From assembly GCA_028698185.1 (NCBI GenBank), contig JAQVDW010000005.1, positions 30,001 through 62,000 of the forward strand: a stretch of DNA of 32,000 nucleotides. The letters run 5' to 3'. This document shows positions 25,409 to 32,000 of the stretch, piece after piece. The notes under the pieces are model-generated. The model was not told the origin of the DNA, ran no database searches, and worked only from the letters and a program-made list of their open reading frames with translations. The position numbers were made by a program, and so were the translations under genes. The DNA comes from Erysipelotrichaceae bacterium. Its GTDB lineage: Bacteria; Bacillota_I; Bacilli_A; Erysipelotrichales; Coprobacillaceae. Within the stretch, counting starts at the first letter, position 1. Each line of letters starts with the position of its first letter.

Positions 25409-25439
25409 TTGACATGGAGTTAACTCCATAAGTTAAGGT
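25409..25439 (+). promoter_or_regulatory. MerR-type promoter (box D): TTGACA, 19 bp, TAAGGT
   Basis: -35 at 25409-25414. The 19-nt spacer contains the perfect 16-bp palindrome ATGGAGTTAACTCCAT (25414-25429). -10 taaggt at 25434-25439. Lies 37 nt upstream of the AKR ATG. Confidence 0.7.
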
Positions 25440-25451
25440 TGATACAGGTAA

Positions 25452-26483
<1,032 letters not shown>

Positions 26484-26486
26484 CCG

Positions 26487-27674
26487 ATGGAATTGGAAAT
26501 AGAGATAGAAAAATCCAAAGAGGATAATCGTCTTTTCACCGGCAAGTTCATCCTGGCAGTTGGGATACTGTTCGGTATCTGCATGTGCTCGAATATCGTT
26601 CTTTCCGCTTTGACTATCTTCGCCAAGAACCTGACCGGACTGGACACTTATGCCGGGTTGATGACTTCAATCTTCACCTTGGCAGCCTTGTCGGTGCGCT
26701 TTGTCGCCGGCTTCCTGCTTGACAGATTCAACTGCAAGAAGGTTGTGCTGGTTGGTGTGGCAATGATGATTGTCGCAGCTGGCTTGTTCATTGGCTGCAA
26801 CAGTATCTTCCATGCGATGATCTACCGGGCCGTCCAGGGGCTCGGTTTCGGAATCGCTTCCACTGGAGCGAGCACCTATGTGACCAAGATCACCAACCCC
26901 AACCGTTTGCTTGAAGGGGTGGGTTACGCCGCCATCGCCAACAGCCTTACTGCGGTCATCGGCCCTTCAATCGCCTTCATGCTCATTGGCAGCAACTACG
27001 ACAATTTCACTTTGCTGTTCATTGTGGCGACGGCGATGGCAATTGGGACGTTCGCATTGATGCTTCTTGGCAAGGATGTTGAGATTAAAAAAAGTGTGAA
27101 AAGCACCGAAGGCCAGGGCAAGATTGTCTGGGGACTGCTGACCTTGCCGATTGTCATCCTGTTTTTGAACTGTCTGACCCAAAGCGCGATAACTTCGTTT
27201 GTTTCATTGTATGCGATCTCGCTGGGATTCGCCCAGGCCGGTTTGTTCTTCTCGGTCAATGCCATCGGGATGATTGTTTCGCGGTTTTTCATGAACCGGC
27301 TGGTTTCGCGGTTTGGGCAGTTCAAGATGCTCCTCCTCAACTCGGCGGTTTTCTTCACAAGCATCTTTCTGGTCTCGATGGTTCAAAGCAACTGGCAGCT
27401 GGTCCTGTTGGCCATTCCTTCAGGATTTGCCATGGGGTCGGTGGCTCCTATCATCAATACTTATCTGATCAAGAATATGCCCCTGCATAAAAGCGGGATC
27501 GCCAATGCGACCTACTATGCCTCGATGGATATCGCTTATGCGATCGGATCGCTGTTGTGGGGCGTGGTTGCCATGTATATCTCCTATCGTCAGGTGTTCT
27601 TTATTGCCGCGATGATCCAGATTGTCTGCATGGTCCTGAGCGTGGCTCAGACAAGATTATACAAATTGAACTGA
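26487..27674 (+). CDS. MFS transporter (co-transcribed with the AKR)
   Basis: 395 aa, 12-TM profile. ATG lies 3 nt after the AKR stop. ...FVAGFLLDRFNCKKVVL... resembles MFS motif A. Confidence 0.8.
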   Translation: MELEIEIEKSKEDNRLFTGKFILAVGILFGICMCSNIVLSALTIFAKNLTGLDTYAGLMTSIFTLAALSVRFVAGFLLDRFNCKKVVLVGVAMMIVAAGLFIGCNSIFHAMIYRAVQGLGFGIASTGASTYVTKITNPNRLLEGVGYAAIANSLTAVIGPSIAFMLIGSNYDNFTLLFIVATAMAIGTFALMLLGKDVEIKKSVKSTEGQGKIVWGLLTLPIVILFLNCLTQSAITSFVSLYAISLGFAQAGLFFSVNAIGMIVSRFFMNRLVSRFGQFKMLLLNSAVFFTSIFLVSMVQSNWQLVLLAIPSGFAMGSVAPIINTYLIKNMPLHKSGIANATYYASMDIAYAIGSLLWGVVAMYISYRQVFFIAAMIQIVCMVLSVAQTRLYKLN

Positions 27675-27778
27675 AATAAGTGCTAAAAGTTTGTTGTGGT
27701 GTTACAATAGGATAAAATACAGCGCTTACAATTATTTATTTGGAATATTTATAATGGAAAAGAAAGGAATCATCAATT

Positions 27779-28609
27779 ATGAAAACATGGTTAATTACAG
27801 GATGTTCAAGCGGAATCGGAGCCGGAATCGCTCAGGCGGTACTAGAGCAGGGTGACAACGCCATCATCACGGCGCGCAATACAGGCAGTCTAGATGAATT
27901 GGTGGCGAAGTACCCTGACAATGCTTTGGCCCAAAAGCTGAATATATGTTCTAAGGAAGATATCGCAAAAACGGTCAAAAATGGCGTGGATAAGTTCGGG
28001 ACAATCGACTTTATGATCAACAATGCCGGTTATGGTTACCGTTCCGCAGTTGAAGAAGGTGATCCCAAGGATGTGGAACTGCTTTTCGACACAAACTTCT
28101 TCGGCCCAATCGAGCTGATCAAGGAAGTTTTGCCGGTAATGCGGGCCCAAAAGAGCGGTTCAATCATCAACGTTTCTTCAATTGCAGCGGCTCGCTCAGG
28201 AGTCGGATCAGGTTACTATGCCGCTTCCAAAGCTGCATTGGAGCTTATGACCAACGGTCTGGTAAAGGAACTTGCACCACTAGGCATCAAGGCGATGGTT
28301 GTCGAACCGGGAGCCTTCAGAACCCGTTTCTATGATACATCGCTTAAAGGAACCTCGATCAAAATCGGCGACTATGATGAAACCGCCGGGAAGACAAGAA
28401 AAGAAAATATCGTCAACCTGGAAAACCAACCCGGTGATCCGGAAAAAGCGGGCAAGGTCATTGTGGAAGTGGCCCAAATGGAAGAATATCCGTTCCGGCT
28501 GTTGCTGGGAAGCGATGCAGTAAGAATCGTATCCGAGGAAATGGAATCACGCCTGAAGGAAATCGAAGACTGGAAAGAAGTATCAGTCCAGACCGATTAC
28601 GATAAATAA
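27779..28609 (+). CDS. Short-chain dehydrogenase/reductase (classical SDR)
   Basis: MKTWLITGCSSGIGAGIAQA... (TGxxxGxG), ...NNAG..., and ...YAASKAALE... (catalytic YxxxK). Confidence 0.9.
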   Translation: MKTWLITGCSSGIGAGIAQAVLEQGDNAIITARNTGSLDELVAKYPDNALAQKLNICSKEDIAKTVKNGVDKFGTIDFMINNAGYGYRSAVEEGDPKDVELLFDTNFFGPIELIKEVLPVMRAQKSGSIINVSSIAAARSGVGSGYYAASKAALELMTNGLVKELAPLGIKAMVVEPGAFRTRFYDTSLKGTSIKIGDYDETAGKTRKENIVNLENQPGDPEKAGKVIVEVAQMEEYPFRLLLGSDAVRIVSEEMESRLKEIEDWKEVSVQTDYDK

Positions 28610-28615
28610 TATAGC

Positions 28616-28652
28616 GCTGACCGGAGATCAAATCCCGGCCAGCTTTCTTTGT
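28616..28652 (+). terminator. Intrinsic terminator after the SDR gene
   Basis: gctgaccgg (28616-28624) / ccggccagc (28635-28643), 8 of 9 bp paired, then tttctttgt. Confidence 0.6.
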
Positions 28653-28676
28653 TGAAGCACAGATAAGGAGAAAACA

Positions 28677-29180
28677 ATGAATAGAAATCTTATTGTCTAC
28701 TTTTCACGAAGTGGCAACAATTACGTCAGTGGCCGGATCGTGAACCTGGAAGTCGGCAACACCAAAATAGCCGCCAAGATGATCCAGGACATCACCGGCG
28801 GGGAACTGTTCGAGATTGTTCCGGTGGAAAAATACAGCGATGACTATGATGCTTGCACCAGGGAAGCCAAAGCCCATCTAAATGCCAATGCCCGGCCGGA
28901 TTTTGTTGATCCCTTGGATGACATCGCCGAATATGATACCATCTATGTTGGCTACCCCAACTACTGGGGAACGATGCCGGTCCATGTCATGACATTTCTG
29001 GAACGCTATGATTTTTCCGGAAAGACAATCAAGCCGTTTTGCACCCATGAAGGTAGCGGACTTGGCCACAGCGTCAGTGACATCAAGAAGATGTGCCCAA
29101 GGGCCATGGTGGAAAAAGGCCTGGCCATTACGGGATCTACTGTGAAAAATTCCCGCAAAGTGTTGGAAAAATGGATTTGA
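28677..29180 (+). CDS. Flavodoxin-like protein (Flavodoxin_4 type)
   Basis: MNRNLIVYFSRSGNNY...VGYPNYWGTMP...FCTHEGSGLG... is typical of the short flavodoxin_4 family. SD AAGGAGAA. Confidence 0.75.
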   Translation: MNRNLIVYFSRSGNNYVSGRIVNLEVGNTKIAAKMIQDITGGELFEIVPVEKYSDDYDACTREAKAHLNANARPDFVDPLDDIAEYDTIYVGYPNYWGTMPVHVMTFLERYDFSGKTIKPFCTHEGSGLGHSVSDIKKMCPRAMVEKGLAITGSTVKNSRKVLEKWI

Positions 29181-29269
29181 AGTAAACCCCGATACCCCCA
29201 AATCATTCTGAATCATTCAGGGTAATTATTTTTAATTTTTTCTTGAATGAAAAGTAGATTAACTGTACA

Positions 29270-29338
29270 AACTATGTTTAAATTACATAGTTGGTATTTG
29301 ATATAGGCATTAGACATAGTTGGATTCCTTGATATAAT
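29270..29338 (+). promoter_or_regulatory. Promoter with repeated ACATAGTTGG boxes upstream of the MFS gene
   Basis: Palindrome aactatgt-N7-acatagtt (29270-29292). Direct repeat acatagttgg at 29285-29294 and 29314-29323. ttagac (29310-15), 17 nt, extended -10 tgaTATAAT (29330-29338). Confidence 0.45.
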
Positions 29339-29374
29339 AATGTTGTAAATAAAACTTTACGAGGAGGAATAACT

Positions 29375-30547
29375 ATGAACAATAGATTTTTAAGATATGC
29401 CCTGTTGTCGGCGTCACTTATGGTCGGAAGTGCCCCTGCAATCAATGCCAATATCCCGGCCATGGCGGAACATTTTTCCGATGTGCCACTGGCTACAGTG
29501 GAAATGCTTACGACGATGCCATCTTTGTTCCTGATGCTCGCCGTATTGTTGAGCAGCTTCATCGCCCGGAAGATCGGCTATAAGCAGACAATCATGATCG
29601 GGCTGGGGCTGGCGGCAGTAGCCGGTATCGTGCCATTGCTTGTGGATAACATCTGGATCATTCTGGTCAGCCGGGGAATGCTGGGATTCGGGATTGGCTT
29701 GTTCAACTCGCTGCTGGTGTCGATGATCAACTACTTCTATGAACCGGGACAACGCTCGGCTATGTACGGTCTGCAGTCGGCATTCGAAGGGGCCGGGGGG
29801 ATCACTATAACCCTGATTGCCGGGCAGCTGGTCAAGATCAACTGGCAGGCACCGTTTTATGCCTACCTGATTGCTGTACCGGTGTTCCTGGTCTATCTTG
29901 TGTTGGTGCCAAAGCCCAGAACTGAAGATGTCCTGGCGGTAAATGCCCATAAGAAAAACGGCGAAGTCACTGGTCATGGCCACAATCTCGCACTTGCCGG
30001 GAATGTCTTTTTGCTGTTTATTGCAGCGATGCTCTACATGACATATGGTATCAAGATTGCATCGTTGATCGCCACGGTCGGATACGGCGCACCTAGCGAT
30101 GCGAGCTTTGTCATAATGTTCCTGTCACTTGGTGGAATCGCAGCAGGGATATTTTTTGGCCGGATCATCCGGGTCACAAAGGGATACTCGGCTACAGTTG
30201 GTCTGGCAATCCTGGCGGTCACCATGGTCCTGTTCAGTGTGAGCCACTCATTGATATTGACCTTCTTTGGTGGCTTGCTTTCAGGTATCGGCTTCAAGAT
30301 CTTCATGCCAGCTCTTATTGATAAAATCAACAAGTCGCCGGTCTACAACAAATCGCTGGCAACGTCACTCTTGCTGGTCGGATTCAATCTTGGGGCATTC
30401 CTGTCACCCTATGGCAGCATGGTGCTGGCGGCCATTGCCGGAAAATCAGGATTGCCGGGGCTGTTCCTGGTGGACGGTGTCTGCTTCGGGATTCTTGCAG
30501 TCGTCACGCTGCTGATAACACTGATGAAAGGAAGAAAAACAGCCTAG
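29375..30547 (+). CDS. MFS transporter
   Basis: 390 aa, 12-TM profile. SD GAGGAGG lies 6 nt upstream. Confidence 0.8.
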   Translation: MNNRFLRYALLSASLMVGSAPAINANIPAMAEHFSDVPLATVEMLTTMPSLFLMLAVLLSSFIARKIGYKQTIMIGLGLAAVAGIVPLLVDNIWIILVSRGMLGFGIGLFNSLLVSMINYFYEPGQRSAMYGLQSAFEGAGGITITLIAGQLVKINWQAPFYAYLIAVPVFLVYLVLVPKPRTEDVLAVNAHKKNGEVTGHGHNLALAGNVFLLFIAAMLYMTYGIKIASLIATVGYGAPSDASFVIMFLSLGGIAAGIFFGRIIRVTKGYSATVGLAILAVTMVLFSVSHSLILTFFGGLLSGIGFKIFMPALIDKINKSPVYNKSLATSLLLVGFNLGAFLSPYGSMVLAAIAGKSGLPGLFLVDGVCFGILAVVTLLITLMKGRKTA

Positions 30548-30590
30548 TTATTCTTCCTGTTTCCCTATATAATAAAAGAAGGTGATGAAT

Positions 30591-31481
30591 ATGGACTTAA
30601 GACTATTGGAATACTTTCTCTCGGTTGTCGAAGCGGGCAACCTGTCTAAAGCGGCGACAAATCTGCATCTTACTCAGCCGACATTGTCGCGCCAGCTCCA
30701 GCAACTCGAGCAAATATATGGAACAAAACTTTTTATCCGGGGCAACCGCACGATGACTCTGACTGATGGCGGCATGATTCTAAAGAGGCGTGCCCAGGAA
30801 ATCCTTGAACTCAATGAAAAAACAATCCAGGAGATCCAGGAAAACGAAAGAAATCTTTCGGGAACGATTGCCATCGGCTGTGGGGAATCACTTGGTTCGA
30901 CCATTGTGCCCAAACTGATACGGGAATTTTCACAGGTCCATCCCCGGGTTAAATACCAGCTATATACCGGAGGCAATGAACTTTCCAAGGAAAAAATCAA
31001 CGAAGGAATCGTCGACTGTGCCATCGTCCTTGAACCTGTCGACAAAAACTACTACAACTATATCGAACTGCCTTATTTTGATAAATGGTGCGTGCTAATG
31101 CGCAAGGACGATCCGTTGGCAAGTATAGAAGTGATTACCCGCGACCAGCTTGAAGGAATGCCGCTAGCCATTCCCAACCGCAAGGAAGTCAAGGAAACTT
31201 TCAATAAATGGATGGGAAAGGATGTGTCGGAGCAGTTCAAGGTGGAATTCGATGTCAATTCCAATTTGGGTTTGCTTGTAAAAGAGGGGTTTTGCTATGG
31301 CGTAACCATCGAAGGGGCGGCCCAAACGATAGTCGGGGATGAACTGACATATCGTTTGCTCGAACCGGAAATTTCCTCCCAGGCCTATCTTATCTGGAAG
31401 AAGTCAGTCAAGATGTCGCGGGCATTAGAGAAATTTCTTGAAAGCGTCAATGATATAATCGGGAAATTGGGCTCCAAATAA
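30591..31481 (+). CDS. LysR-family transcriptional regulator
   Basis: MDLRLLEYFLSVVEAGNLSKAATNLHLTQPTLSRQLQQLEQIYGTKLFIRGNR.MTLTDGG... is the canonical LysR HTH. I prefer ATG 30591, which gives the typical MDLR start, over GTG 30582. Confidence 0.85.
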   Translation: MDLRLLEYFLSVVEAGNLSKAATNLHLTQPTLSRQLQQLEQIYGTKLFIRGNRTMTLTDGGMILKRRAQEILELNEKTIQEIQENERNLSGTIAIGCGESLGSTIVPKLIREFSQVHPRVKYQLYTGGNELSKEKINEGIVDCAIVLEPVDKNYYNYIELPYFDKWCVLMRKDDPLASIEVITRDQLEGMPLAIPNRKEVKETFNKWMGKDVSEQFKVEFDVNSNLGLLVKEGFCYGVTIEGAAQTIVGDELTYRLLEPEISSQAYLIWKKSVKMSRALEKFLESVNDIIGKLGSK

Positions 31482-31505
31482 TAGATGCTAATGTCATCAT
31501 AAGTA

Positions 31506-31537
31506 AAAAGACCCGCCATTTTGGTGACGGGTCTTTT
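31506..31537. terminator. Bidirectional terminator between convergent genes
   Basis: aaaagacccg (31506-31515) / cgggtctttt (31528-31537) with a 12-nt loop. Confidence 0.75.
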
Positions 31538-31554
31538 ATGTCTTTGCTTGATCG

Positions 31555-32000
31555 TTATTCGAAGGTGGCAGCCACATCTTTGAGCAGTTTGATGATCGGC
31601 AGTTTTTGGGGACACATATTCTCACATTGGCCGCGCTCGATGCAATCGGACGCCTTTCCTTTGCCTTTGGTATGAACTCCGTAGTAGTAGCCGCTGCTCC
31701 AGTCGTTGAAGACCATCTTGTCGTTGTAGCAACCAAACAGATCGGGAATCGAGATGTTCATCGGGCAGCCATCAACATAGTAGCGACAGGCAGTGCAGTC
31801 GATCCGGTCGAGCGGCTCAAATATTTTCCTGACCTTTGCCACAGCTTCGTGTTTTTTATCAGTGAAAGGTTTGAAATCCTTAATGAAACTGATATTGTCT
31901 TTCATCTGTTCGATGGTACTCATTCCCGAGAGAACCTTGTAGACACCATCGAATGAAGCCGGCAAATCTTAATGCATAGCTTGCATTGGGATCGAGCCTG
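31555..32000 (-). pseudogene. Aldo/keto reductase with C-terminal 4Fe-4S domain (COG1453-like), interrupted by an in-frame TAA; 5' part lies outside the window
   Basis: C-terminal ...VLSGMSTIEQMKDN...DCTACRYYVDGCP...DCIERGQCENMCPQKLP... carries two Cys clusters. The same frame continues upstream as GSIPMQAMH-TAA-DLPASFDGV, with the TAA at 31969-31971. No SD precedes the TTG at 31965. Confidence 0.5.

Noticed and set aside
27700-27760. Direct repeat TTACAAT...TTACAAT upstream of the SDR gene
   Set aside because: It is a short, AT-rich repeat that overlaps a plausible TTACAA-18-TATAAT promoter. It cannot be told apart from chance.

Overview
This looks like a chromosomal segment from a Bacillota-like bacterium: mid GC, strong Shine-Dalgarno sites, standard genetic code with TGA used as a stop. 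I count about 27 intact protein genes. By eye I found no rRNA, tRNA, CRISPR array, transposase, integrase or recognisable defence genes. Left part (1-10.7 kb): ROK gene tail, a RibD_C-type reductase, then a roughly 360-nt structured leader ending in an attenuator terminator. That leader precedes an unusual purK - archaeal-type PEP carboxylase - purE - OFA-type MFS operon. After it come an orphan PTS EIIB, an RpiR regulator, and an ACR3 arsenite-type carrier flanked by two Cof-type HAD phosphatases. Middle (11.2-20.2 kb): a staphyloxanthin-like late carotenoid trio (CrtI-family oxidoreductase, CrtQ-like GT2, CrtO-like acyltransferase) with no CrtM/CrtN in the window. Then a frameshifted MerR remnant, MATE, TetR, an MBL-fold hydrolase, an AKR and an AEC permease. 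Right part (20.2-32 kb): decayed LysR and AKR pseudogenes and an AT-rich ORF-poor stretch. These are followed by a dense run of carbonyl/quinone-detox-type genes: a Cys-type alpha/beta hydrolase, OYE flavin reductase plus HxlR, AKR-MFS, SDR, flavodoxin, MFS, LysR, and an Fe-S AKR with an in-frame stop. The most distinctive signal seen directly in the sequence is four promoters with MerR architecture. Each has a 19-bp -35/-10 spacer filled by a TGRAGTYRACTYYA dyad, and they precede four unrelated genes or operons. The only MerR-like gene in the window is a broken remnant. No classical mobile or defence system was found, so the candidates for new biology are regulatory (MerR-box regulon, unclassified pur leader) and metabolic (bicarbonate-linked pur/ppc operon, orphan carotenoid-tailoring trio).
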